NCBI GenBank assembly: GCA_051362555.1
Contig: CM120640.1
Location: 11,470,001-11,534,000 of the forward strand
DNA length: 64,000 bases
Source: Lingula anatina
Taxonomy: Eukaryota > Animalia > Brachiopoda
Reading direction: 5' to 3'
The position numbers and the translations under genes are program-made. This document shows positions 51,797 through 64,000 of the stretch, one piece after another. Below the pieces are notes generated by a model. The model was not told where the DNA came from. It worked only from the letters and a program-made list of their open reading frames with translations, and searched no databases. Within the stretch, counting starts at the first letter, position 1, and the number at the start of each line of letters is the position of its first letter.

Positions 51797-52280
51797 TTGT
51801 TGAATTAATAATTTCACAGACAGTGCTTTCCTACCGTCAAAGAGCCTTCCTCATGACAAACTGGTCATGCGCTGATGATCTGACGCTGAGATGTATTCAT
51901 TGACCAGTTGTCCTATGAATGTCCCTTACGGCCCCCCAGGCCCAAGAGGTAGATGTGGGCTAGCTGGTAGCACCCCTCGTCCCCACTCAAGTTCTTTAAA
52001 CTTCCTTTATGTATGGCCTCCTCTGGTGAAGTCTTCGCTTTCGTTGTCTACTATTCTGGCGCTGTCCCAATCAATTATTTACTTTTACGGAGTGATCTGT
52101 GAGAGCAGATTTCCACATTTGTGTCTCCGATTCCTTCCTTCTGTCTCTCTCAACTTCTGTTCTGTGTTCTTTAACTCTTATCGATAGTTTACATTTGGTC
52201 TCTCCTCCTCCTCCTGAGTAGAGCCGAAAATTTGACGGTAGGAAAGCATTGTCTGTGAAATTATTAATTCAACAATTAAT
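51792..52280 (-). mobile_element. 5'-truncated Penelope-like retroelement with inverted pseudo-LTRs
   Basis: ~50-bp inverted ends ATTAATTGTTGAATTAATAATTTCACAGACA.TGCTTTCCTACCGTCAAA. A frameshifted minus-strand GIY-YIG C-terminus reads GETKCKLSIRVKEH...KSALTDH...IDWDSARIVDNES...EAIH...GDEGCYQLAHIY. Confidence 0.8.
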
Positions 52281-54206
52281 CAAAAGAAGTTTTGTTTTAA
52301 TCACAGTGCTTCAAAATGCCCAAATATGAACATGTAAGTATGGCCACTGTATTCGGTGACAGAACACCATCTCAGTCCTGCAGTCGAGTATTGATACACT
52401 TGAGTGATTTCAGACAGTGGCTTGCTTTAGATTTTCAGACATTTCATCTGAATACGCTAGTCTTGCAGAAATAAATTGTCCACAATCAATGCTACTGGAC
52501 ACAGTGAAAAGGCAATTATTTTTTCACCAGATTAATGATTAATTTATTGTATTGCATATATTTCGATGATGTTAACCCCTAAAGTGCAAAACCATTTTTC
52601 TTCTCATTTCAAGATATGAGTGGCATTTTGTTGGAAGGCAGGTACCTTTCAAAAATCACAATTGATTAAAATTTTAATATGCGTATTGCAGTGTTTTTTT
52701 TTTTTTTGTTTTTTTTTTTTTTGCTATTATGTGTCTGTATCATTCTCTGCCTTGTTAAACTGAAACTCGGACATGTATAACCAACAATACTTCACCAGTA
52801 TGTTCAAGGGGGTTCAACTCCGAAGATGGAAGTAGGTGGAGTTCAATGATACCCTGACATTTTGTGCCTTTGGGCTCATTCCCAGTGGAATTATCAGTTT
52901 GCATACATCCATTCAACTCCACGGACCCTCTCCCCAAATGCAATCAGTCCTTTTTTCCCAACGTACTCATATAATCGCCATCTTTTCTTTAATCTTTTCA
53001 ACGCCAGGAGGAGACGTGTCATTCAGTTAATCTGATTGCATTCAGTGAGTTAAATCGATCTACGTATACTGATTGTTTCATTGGGATGAGCCCTTTCAAA
53101 ACCGATTTTAGTGTGCAATAAAAGGCTCAACAAAGCTAGGCATAGGTAAGCTCAGCACCTGTGCTATATTTCATGCGCACTTTTGGGACGAAGAAAGCCA
53201 AACTATGTAGTTGCTCGGTTCACATATACTTTGAAGTGCACTGTGTGTCAAAGAGACAAAATGTCAGGGTTATTAACGAAGTTGGCGTACTTTTATCATG
53301 AAAATATATTTCCATACTTTTATCTTTGGCATTCACCCCCTTGATGTTGACAAGCCTAAAAGTTTTGTTGTTGTTGTACAGGCATTTCTTTCGCCATTTT
53401 GTGTGTTTCAGACCTGAATGTTATTGTTGCAAATATACCACTCCAACCCGTGGCACATTGCAATATAAAAAAGGGCAAAGCACTGTGGTATTATCCATGA
53501 TGCACCGTTAGCGTTATAATAAATCTATTAAAATGTTGACGTCCTCAGTTGGACCTGCGTGGATTTCTTCCAGGACCTTCACATCTCATTTAAGAGAGAG
53601 CGCAAAAACCGTGTCGGCTCTCTACTATTTAATTGATCTGTTCCATTTTTCATAGTATTTATTCTTTACTTGGAAGTGCGGTTTTTTAATATCCTCTTTC
53701 ATGAGAACAATGTCAAGAAAAAATATGGCCAAAATGAGTAGACCACCGATAAATCATACTCCACGTTATGGAAGTTAACGATAATTAGATGTAAAGTTGT
53801 GATGTGTGATCAGCGTTCGCGAAATTGAGCGAATTAAAAGAATGGGTTCATATGCACAGAAACCGATATCTTACAATGGAAACCTTTCAAAGTATTGATT
53901 AAATATAATCACATCAAATGATGAAGGCTATGACTGCGAGTGGATAATGTGTAGATTTCCCCATTCAAATAGATGTTATCGGGGAAGTATAATGTTATTA
54001 TTCCCGACTTCAGTCAATGGAAATGTGAATGGAACCGAACTGTATTTTTTTCTTAACTCTTTCAATTAAAATGCCAAAATTAATAACCGTGCTCCCCCTC
54101 CAAAAAAGGCGACGTCTATATTCATTCACTTAAAATGAATAAGTATGGCATTTGAATACTAACATTATTGCAGAAACTAACAAGTCGCCCATTCACTGTC
54201 ACATCT

Positions 54207-54208
<2 letters not shown>

Positions 54209-54290
<82 letters not shown>
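54209..54290. repeat. (TA)n microsatellite; (TG)n(AG)n nearby at 54398-54448
   Basis: About 41 TA units. Confidence 0.95.
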
Positions 54291-54293
<3 letters not shown>

Positions 54294-54397
54294 GTTTCAA
54301 AAGCAACAACCAATGTTCAATAACAGATTGTTTTAAAATCAATTTTACTGACAATACATAATGAATACATCGTAGAAAAAATGCACCGGTGGGCTAC

Positions 54398-54430
<33 letters not shown>

Positions 54431-55162
54431 GGAGAGAGAGAGAGAGAGATTTTCTGCATTTTAAAAAGTCATTTATACACCATACAGCCATTTCTTACAG
54501 AATACTACAGAAAAAAAACGATATAAAGGAATATATTTTCAATTGTGCAAACGTTAATTTATACAGTGGTATGTACATCCTGCAGAAGCAGACTTTTTTT
54601 CCTACCATCTGAAAATATGGTGCTAGATATTAATTGATGTGTCGGATTAAATGTCTTATTTAACCAGTGCCGTAAATATGATGGTATGACTTATGACACA
54701 TTCTTCACCATACAATGAACTGATCATTTAATTATAACGCTGGCGATCACAATAGGGTGACGTAACATTGCTCTTACTTGGATATCAAGAACAGACGCTA
54801 AGCTTCTAACTTACTATGTGACCATATTGTTTTTGATTACCATAAACAATGTATCAATGAGACACAACCAAAGACAAAATCGAGTGAATTAAAATCAAGA
54901 AAAAATCGACAGCCATATTTTCTTCTTATGCGAACCTTTTTAATCGGTTATACAATTGTGCCATGCGTAAGTATTTCTGGTTTTCTCTTGGACACTTCAT
55001 ACATGTATGGTGGGTTCAATGTTTTCTTAAACGAGCCTCTGATATCAGCGCTGTTTTTGTCTTCATCATATGACTACCTTTTTGATAGCTACATGTTACA
55101 ACCAAATCACTAGAAGGAACATCGAGTCACAACTGTTCCCTTTAATTCAAAAGTAGAAATAA

Positions 55163-56212
55163 TCAAAGAGAAGTGGAATTAATACGCGTGCTGTTGCAAG
55201 ACCGTGAGGTGTACGGAGCATCGTAGTCCCACGTGTTTTGTCTGCACTTGCAGCATCGGCGAAAAAGTCGTCGATAGCCCTGGCGAATATCTGGAAGTCG
55301 AATTCCGTAGATAATCGGGTCCAATAAACTGTTGATCCAAACCAAGATGAAGGAGGTCAGTAAAACGTCAGGGCAGATTTCAGGATCGCAGACTTGGACC
55401 ACATTCGACAAGAACGTTGCTATGACCCACGGTCCCCAAGACAGAGCAAGCGTGCCGTAGAGAAGGAAGAGAGTGATGGTCGTCTTTACGTGGCGCTGAC
55501 GGTCCTCCCTACTGGGCCCAGATCCGCTCGTCCTGCGCGCCTTGTCGTAAGCCCACTGGTTTGAGCGAACGTCCAGGAATATTCGAATGTAAAATACAGT
55601 ACTGGCAGCCATACATGTAGCAAAAATTAGTATGCTCCCGTAGTACTGTACCTTAATCTGGATTTGGAACACACCCTCCACGGTGTCGCCATATGTACAA
55701 AAGTCATGGACGTTTGACAAGATGAGGATGAAAAGCTTTCCCACCACAAACCCCCAGATGAGTGCGAGGGCGGTCCAAGACCATCGCTTGGTGATCCAGG
55801 AAGAGTAATGCAGGGGTTTACAGACCGCAATGTACATCTCTAAGCCTAGGGTCAGAAGGGTCAACCCAGCCATCTCCAATAAGGACAATAACACAAAGTC
55901 CATGGAATTGCGGCATTCATAGATGACATGGACACAATCACTTAGTAACAGGAAAAGAAAGACCAAGCCATCTACCAGTGCCAGGTTACAGATCAGGATC
56001 ATTCTAGCGGTTATTCGTTTGATATTTAGAATGGCAGCAAAAGACAGTGCATTGGCTACCAAACCGATTATATATAAGATGATAAAAACGATGAAGATGA
56101 TATCCTCTTCAGACAAGCTACCATCGTGGCCGTGATACCCTGTTCCGTTTCCTGGCCTGTGGGTACCGTTTCCAACGAAGTGTCCATGTTCCAACATATA
56201 AAGTGAAACCAT
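55163..56212 (-). CDS. Rhodopsin-family (class A) orphan GPCR, 349 aa, single coding exon
   Basis: Seven hydrophobic segments. TM1 GLVAN, TM2 NLALVD, TM3 end LEMYIAVCKPLHY (DRY variant), TM4 W, TM6 SWGP, TM7 NSLLDPIIY, helix 8 and a C-terminal CC. Two N-terminal NGT sequons. Confidence 0.92.
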   Translation of the reverse strand: MVSLYMLEHGHFVGNGTHRPGNGTGYHGHDGSLSEEDIIFIVFIILYIIGLVANALSFAAILNIKRITARMILICNLALVDGLVFLFLLLSDCVHVIYECRNSMDFVLLSLLEMAGLTLLTLGLEMYIAVCKPLHYSSWITKRWSWTALALIWGFVVGKLFILILSNVHDFCTYGDTVEGVFQIQIKVQYYGSILIFATCMAASTVFYIRIFLDVRSNQWAYDKARRTSGSGPSREDRQRHVKTTITLFLLYGTLALSWGPWVIATFLSNVVQVCDPEICPDVLLTSFILVWINSLLDPIIYGIRLPDIRQGYRRLFRRCCKCRQNTWDYDAPYTSRSCNSTRINSTSL

Positions 56213-58107
56213 TTTCCTGGAAATAAATGATAATAAATGAAATAAATCTGACGTGTTTTTGAATGAATATGTTTAAACGATATAAGAAGCGAAACGTAAA
56301 CCATGAAAAAAGAAGCAGTCTGATTATCAAGATAATGGCACATTTCCCTTCAATATATTTTAAACAGTTCATCAAGTATGTTGTTTCGTTGCACAACTCG
56401 TAATAAGACTTGTTCCCTCCATAGAATGTAGAATGTCGCACTTTACCAGAGGTCTTCTAGCTGTCGCAAAATTGCAGGTAGTTTTGTAACCGCTATTCCT
56501 CCGGTAGCGAGTAATCAAATGGCGCCGACAAACATGTTTACCCGCTTTTAAACAGCTCACATTTCCTTACATGTATTAACCATTTACCTGCCTTTCACGT
56601 AAGGTACACTCGAATATTAATACAGCATTTGTCTGGCCCAGTTATACTCATCCGTATTGAAAAATACATGCGTCATCAATTTCGCACATTCTCACTCATC
56701 TTATTCAAGTACACACTCTGAATATGTCATAAATTATCAGTCACGGCATATTAAAAACATGTAATTTCCGAGAGCAATACCTTTCCTATTCAAATTAACA
56801 TCCCTTTTTTCGCACTTCGTAAATCATGAGTGATAAATTTATTCTAAAGTAAGCTTTTTCTGCTCCCTACAGAAGACAAGCCCTTTTATCCTTAAATACA
56901 CACATGTACATGTATAATGCTAAGGCAACCTATCATTTATCGTGTGCAAAACAGTCTGATACGTGTAAAATTTTATGGTTATTGATCACGATTTATGTAC
57001 GTGGAAAGTGTACACAAACAGTTTGATACGTAAATCTTATAGTGAATACATGTAACAGATTTGCCCTTTTGTCCTTTTTTTTCACTCAACGAGAATATAT
57101 GGTGAACGTGTGGCTCACACAACATTTCACATAAAAAAAACAAAACGTCAAAAATTTCAAGGCTCATTTCCTTTCATCTAAACGCGTTGTGATTTATAGT
57201 CAACCATATTTATTCCAACATTGTTGACAACCGTCAGATTGAATGCAAGACAAATGATCGTAAAGAAAGAGCGCATTGTACCTTGAAAAGCATCTTTATG
57301 GAAACATGATTGGGATGAGCGTGCAGTTACCAGATATGGTGTTGTCTTTTAAATTACTTATTCTGGTACTTAATCGCAAACATAATCTGGCAATTTTTCA
57401 AACAGCACTAGCTGGAAAACCAAATGTCTTTTGTGTGCTTTTGTATGTCACCTTCGGTAATTCCAGAATGTTAACATTTAATGAGTTGCGTAGATGGATT
57501 TCTATTTCAAGCCCTGCAACCCAAGAAGTCTAAAGTGTTTTGTCAAGAAATTTATGTTAGAATGTCACACTAAATGTGTTCGTTCTGTCGACCTTCTATC
57601 ATTGCGTTTTTGTTACCTCTACCAGGGCTGCAGTTATTATTTTGGACATATTTGCTGTGGTGACATCAGACCAAAGTGACCGTCTATTTATCTAGAGACA
57701 TATCCTTGAATATCTGTGGAAAATCAATCTGTCGCCCTGGTAGAGTATAGCGTTTTTGCATTGTTAATTTAATTAATACCTAAAATCACGCTCCTACCCC
57801 AACAGGCCCAGAAAATAAAATGTGGGTCAAAAGTACAAACAGTGTGAGGCCCCTGAAAGTATTCGGTTATAACTGGTTAAGGAAAAGAAGCCAGGGGATT
57901 TCATTTACTTATAACAAGGAGTTACAACTGTTGTAACTCCTTGCTTATAAACAATCTCTGATTTCTCCAGTATTATCAGACTTGGGAGATATCTTAACTA
58001 CCCTTTATATGAAAAAGTTCGTATAATCAGTGATAAATTTTCATACATGTGCACTATTAAGGGTGTCATCGAAGGTTTAACGTTCTTCTGGGTGTGAAGT
58101 TGTTAAC

Positions 58108-58667
58108 ATGGTGATGGTACGGGAGCCTGCCACTGAAGAAAGAAAAAAAATGTTTCACTTAGGGAGGAGGATATAGATGTCCCCCAGATAGCCGCCTGAT
58201 ATGGTGTGTCTGGTCAGACTGTATGCAGGGTTTGCAGCAGGATCGAGTACACTGGTGATGCCCATAAAGTACCACGAAGTGGCCGCCCGAAGAAGGCTAA
58301 ATTGCCAGAGACGACAGGCATGTTTTTATGTTGTCAAGGCTTAGGGGATTTGCACCGCACAGCGAATTAGCTTTCCAGTAATTGCGCAATTTGCAGGTTG
58401 TGATTAGCAAAAGAATTGTTCAAAGAAAGCTCCATGGTTCAGGAATTAACCCAGGAGATAACCACTTATCGCCTTGGTAAACAGACGAAGAAGATTACAT
58501 GGGCTGCAAGAACCATTGCAATGGCCGTAGGAATTTGTGAACTAGTAATGGTAAATGAACAGAACCCCCGACAGAACACCCAAAAGATAACTGTACCTTT
58601 TAGCAGTCCTATGCCCAGTAGGATGGTGGCCATATTGATATCACGTGGCTACCCTACAAAATGTTTT
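58108..58667 (+). mobile_element. Degenerate, internally deleted Tc1-like transposase relic
   Basis: Broken frames read IAA*YGVSGQTVCRVCSRIEYTGDAHKVPRSGRPKK (paired-like HTH plus GRPK) and MPSRMVAILISRGYPTK (Tc1 C-terminal SMPxR..AVI...G.PTKY). The DDE core is missing and TIRs are not clear. Confidence 0.7.
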
Positions 58668-61600
58668 AATACTAACATAATAGCATGCTTTTCGTAAGGG
58701 CAAAGCACTTGTATGTAAACCTGTAGTTCAGATATTAACTTGACATAACCACTTTTCAATAAAATACCAATGTAAATAACTAACAAACCGAGCTGTTGTT
58801 CGTCTCTGGCATAGAGCACTATTCACACAGATGCTTTTGTCACCCCTCTGTAGAAATGAACATAATTGGTTGGTAAAAACAAGGGGTGACATGAGAATGA
58901 TTTCAATATTGTGCTGAGCAAATACGCGATCGTGCAAATAGCCATTACTACGCTGAATATTTATCATTGAAACATTATCTCACAAATTTGTGTTTTGAAC
59001 TTCAAATTATTTTTAGTGTTAATTTTGACAATAATTTTGAACTAAGTTTCATTATATTTAGCTGTTATTAGTAGAAAACACTACTATTTTAGCAACGTAG
59101 ATACATTGGGCGGACGCATGCTCCCATAAACTGCTCTGAGATTTCAAAAATGAAAACAAATACATGTAAATTGGGTTTTCTGATGACTACAAGTTCGAAA
59201 TCCCAGTAATTTTCGTTCCTTGCTGCAATTCTTGTTCAGGTTAACAATCCTTGTCATCTGTATAAATTTTAATGTATATATTGAAAGTGAAGTATTGGTG
59301 TACTATGTTTTCAGCTGCTGTTTAGAGAATAGTTAGGATCGGACATATGCTTCACATCTGTGTATCGAGTTTTTGTGTATCTTTTTGTCTATTGGTAAAG
59401 TTTCTGTATAACATGTAGCTTCAGATTTGATTATCTTACAGACACTTAATAACGTTACTTTAAAATTATTTTAAAAGCATAACTTTTCCAATGGCAGGCT
59501 TGTGTTGTTCTACGAATAGCAGAAAGAAACGAGCTTCTCATCCTTAGAATTCCCAAACTCTACATATATTTTGGATTCAGGCATGTAATGACTGTCACAC
59601 GTATGGACCTATGTACCGTAAATCTAGGGAGTACATGTACAAAGGAGGCTGCATATGTCAGTACACAATGCAAATACAAAGTTCCAGAAGGTTAATGAAA
59701 TGTATTACTACAAATCTACTCAATTCCTCACTTTTACCGTGAAAATGGATCAAACGTCAGATTTGAAATCTCCAAACATTACTTCCTAATCAAATTCGGT
59801 AGCGCATACATCCATTGTTACTCCGGTTGGTGACATATAGCACATTACGGGACAAATACAATTACACTTTTCTAACTGAGGCAATACCTTTCCCGTCAAA
59901 AAATAGAATGATATGAATATATACATGAAATAAAAATATCACTTCAAGGATGAAAGACGTAAAAAAGTACATACATAGAATCGTACACATTATACACATG
60001 GTGAAATCACGTAATAAAACCATTCTAAGATACACATGTACCTAATAAGATTATTCTAAGATAAGGTCAGTTATAATACTGGAAAAAAAATAAAAATAAA
60101 GCTAAGAAAGATTTAGTTAAAAGTTGCACCATATTCGAAGGCACCCGCATTGAATCCTGGACGGTTAATTTTAATTTAAAAAATGAAAAATCTAATGCTG
60201 TCTATTAAGCTTGGCGAAGGATGATGATGGGTTGGAGTCTGTATATGTGATGATTCACATAATGATATTTTAAAATAATCTTTTAAAAAAGAAAAAAGCC
60301 GATCATGTAAGTATCTTTACTTCCCCAATTGGTCACATACCTAACATATCTAAAGTAGGTCGATCTAATCTATGGAAATGGGGTGTAAAACTCTTCTGAA
60401 CAACATTATTATTGGTGTAGTAACACTATTACTGCACTTAAGAACGGCTAAAGCCTGTATAGGAGATCAGAGGCGTGCGATCTAGGGCTAAAGCGTAATT
60501 TGCTTGATTTGCTGTTTATCTATAACCTTTAGATGCTTTGATAGCATAAGGCATTCAAACCACATAATATCGCTGGACCTACAATCGATCGCCACAAGTA
60601 GGCCTTTGACTTTGTATCCAAGCCCGGAAAGTTGGCACCCTGTGACAGTACTTTATAAAATGCCCTTTAAGCAGAATTCACTCTATTGACAATTTTGGTC
60701 ATTGGCATTACAGACATTATTAAATGTTACGCCCAAGTTGTCCAAAGAATCTGCCATGGGGTTTTGACCTAAATACCAATTTGGGTGTGATGTTAACAAG
60801 GCTTTTCCAAACGACCAAATTTAATTCTCCAACGAAGGGAAAAGTCATAACAAGTATTTATTAACAGTCAGGGCCTAGGCATAGTAGTGGAATAATTGTA
60901 ACGTTATCTGCATAAGTATCGTTATTGTACGCGTTCTGTGCGATTGCCACTCCAGCATTATTTCATCTCTTTTCTGATAAAATCATAAGTAAACCTTTCA
61001 AAAATATTTCCTGGCACCGGAATGTGGTACTCCTTGTTGTGATCAAATAAGCGTTAATACTGTGTTGATAGCTACTCAGGTGAGGGAGATCTGTTTGAAA
61101 TCGATATTACAGTTTTCACCTCAACGTTACTGTTACGTCATCAGCACGAGTTAGCAAATTCACCGTGATGTTTTTTTTTTTTATGCGACAGCATTATCTC
61201 GTTATAGTAATGTTCATTTCCGCATTATCTCAGTAGATAAGGAAAATCCTTACGTATCGATCCCTTTTGCAACGCAAATAGAAGCCTCTAGCTTTAATGT
61301 GAAGGTGTAGCACAGAGTAATGCAGTACTACCGTAGACAAGTTTTGCATGTTTTTGAATGCTAAAAAAATAGAAGTCCCTGTTTTAATAGAATTCTCGCC
61401 CTAACCCACAAACACCTTTTATAGGGGCCGCTGCCCCTGATATTCAATTTGCCTGTCATCTAAAATATCAGCTAAACACCTAATATTCCCACTGTTCTTG
61501 TGATATTTGATTTTTATTTTCCATGTCAGCGAAATGATCTAGATACTTCTTAAATAATCATTTTGACTAGACAATTAGCAATATTTGGGATATTTCATTA

Positions 61601-64000
61601 TGCGCTTTTTAGAGTAAAGAAAGTAATTCAAATATCCCTTTTCATCACAACTAAATCATTATGGTGTGCTTCTTAAAAAATAAAGCTCATTTAACGTGCC
61701 TTATTGTTGCCATATTCCTTTCATCAAAAATGATAAAAGATAATGGATATAGCCTATCAGTGCTTAATTTAACAAAAACACGATCACGCAGTTGCGAGGT
61801 TTCGCATCGTTAAATCGCAGTACGTCGTGAATCGTCAATTAACATCAGATGCTTATTTCACCAAAGTGCTATCTTTTTTTTATAAAAACAAAACATAAAA
61901 ATAATATTCAGATAGTGAATTTAATACATTTTTGACAGGTTGAAGTCAATCTTGGTATCAAAAATGAATAACAATCTGGAAGCAATTTTAAATGTAACAA
62001 TTTCGTTGCATCAAAATGCATTGCTTACATGCAGAACTAGTAATATGTCCATGGATATTAATAAACACTTTTTAACTTGTTCTGAGGAGAAAAAGGCGTT
62101 AACGTTGGTGCCACTGCAAACGCTTGCATCTTTCAAAATAGCACGGAATTTACCACCTAATAGATCAGTGCCCGATACTTAGGTTTTAATCTCCAAGGCA
62201 ATGACTTCAGTGAGGGTAGGAGTTGTCCAACATACTGGTCATACCTATCCACATTTTAATAGTTTACGTCTAAAGCTGTGGATGAAAACAGCACGGGCAC
62301 GTACATGAATACACACGGTATGAATGTGCCGCACAACATGTAGGGATGATTAGGGTAAAACACGGTTAAAAGGCCGATTGAGTTTAGTTGCTGTGAATAA
62401 ATATCAATTGTATCTGCGGGTCAGTATACACTGGCGGAAATGAACAGATACAAGCAAATAGGCCTAGAAGATTATATTAGGCTACATTACAGTGACACTT
62501 AAGTACAAAATAACCATATGATTAAGATAAACATCGCGAGTAACTTTCTCTACAGAGGTGACTGGTACAGTTCAGTTGAGGGGAAATTTCCTTTAATTAA
62601 AGGGTTTCTAAATAAATGTAGACAGTTCAATGACAATTTTATGAGATTTATATTAGTGTGAACCCCCATGAGACCGCTCTGAGATTTCACATTGCGTCTT
62701 AAAAGGCGGACCTCAGCGATTTTTAAATAACGTGAAATGACGTCACCTATGATGCTCATATGGTTGGTTTATCTTTCTTTTTAGCTTTCTCTTGTTATTT
62801 AAGCTTGCATACAACGGAAAGAGAGAATATCGCCTAAATGCCTTAAAATGCCCTGTTTTATAAAAAAATTCTGACTTCATGTTTCTAAATACAGTTAGTG
62901 TGCACCAAAGTAATCGACAGAAATCACACGCGTTAACGTCCAATCAAGCCGAAAAACCTTGTAAAGTATGGGTCACCGATGGGAAGCAACAGAGGTGTGC
63001 GAAATCTGCCCGAACGCAGAGTCGCTCCGACGTCATGTACGAGAGAGTTGATATTTTGAACCATTTACATCATACCAACCCTAACCTGGTGGATACAATA
63101 GGTGGCGGAGTCTGTTACACGAACCTTCGGTTTCTTTACATCGGAGACAGTCTAGCCAGGTATTTTTTGTCGCAATACATCGCTGCCATCCACATTTTTG
63201 TACAAAATCAACATTGATTGATGTGTGGTTATCTCTTTATAGTGCTAAAGCCGTCTATTTCCGATAAACCCATGCGCATTTCCATTAGTTTGATGCATTA
63301 CCTTCTCTTACTGCATTTCTCGTAACAAAACTATAACCCACCATTCAGAAAGAAATTAAAGTATTGGGGCAGGGCTGTCTCATTATCTTTGTAAACAAGT
63401 GTAAATGGAACAGAAAGCTGAATATTCTCTCCTAAACGCGTCGTAAGTTTCGACATGGATGTTTTTTTTTTCAAGCCGAAAAAAAAATCATGAAATCACT
63501 ATAAAGTTATTGTGTCTGGTGATTTTAATCACAATCCAAATATCAACTGAAATCTTATTCAAGGTTACCACTTCATGACAAATCTGTTGCTTTTCATTGT
63601 TTACGGTGAAAGTGAAATATCGGCATTCTTGGTCCATGTTTATAGCTGTTGCTTAGAGAATAATGATGCTTGAGGACCTTCGTTCATATCAATAACGAGT
63701 ACTTCATGTCTGAACATCTAGTTTTTGTGTAATGATACCTCTGTATGTAGGTTAATTTTTATCTGTTACATAAATAGAAAGCTGTAATTCTTAATTCCAT
63801 CGGCGACTTGTGGTTTGTGCTTTTGTTTACGTTTAGTTGTCCGAGAAAGGTTGAGTTTGGTGCGCTCCTCTACCATATTGTTCTATAAAGCAATGACGCC
63901 AGTTATATTTTGAGTGTATTTTAACTAGTCGCTTCATATTATCAATCTTTTTTTTCGCCAAAACTAACTTTATTTTTCAGTGTGGCCGTATCTAAATGGA

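Noticed and set aside
54122-54313. YI-repeat ORF
   Set aside because: It is the translation of a (TA)n microsatellite.
62879-63217. 112-aa ORF as a gene
   Set aside because: It has no recognisable domain or splice partners, and it contains repeat-like motifs (AACCCTAACC, GGCGGAGTCTGTTACAC) resembling the MITE at 14548.

Overview
AT-rich, intron-rich animal (invertebrate-type) genomic DNA, not prokaryotic. No rRNA, tRNA or CRISPR array was seen. Genes were assembled by hand from GT-AG exons with consistent phases and identified by recalled similarity; no database search was run. In order they are: NCAPH/barren (minus, runs off the left edge), head-to-head SFR1 (+), a divergent securin/PTTG1-like gene (-), an unrecognised 5-exon gene with an in-frame TGA (+, probable pseudogene), DCAF15 (+), an SNX7/SNX30-type sorting nexin (-), head-to-head ELOVL1/7-type elongase (+), and a class A orphan GPCR with a single coding exon (-). 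Introns and intergenic DNA hold many transposon relics: two Helentron/HINE families, an AcademH-like element with a RecQ-helicase remnant, an ISL2EU-like element with THAP and SAP-like remnants, PIF/Harbinger MITEs, MITEs with 5-bp TSDs, a Tc1 relic, and a Penelope fragment whose hammerhead ribozyme appears split between inverted pLTRs. The best novelty candidates are the unrecognised 5-exon gene, the hidden securin and these unusual mobile elements.
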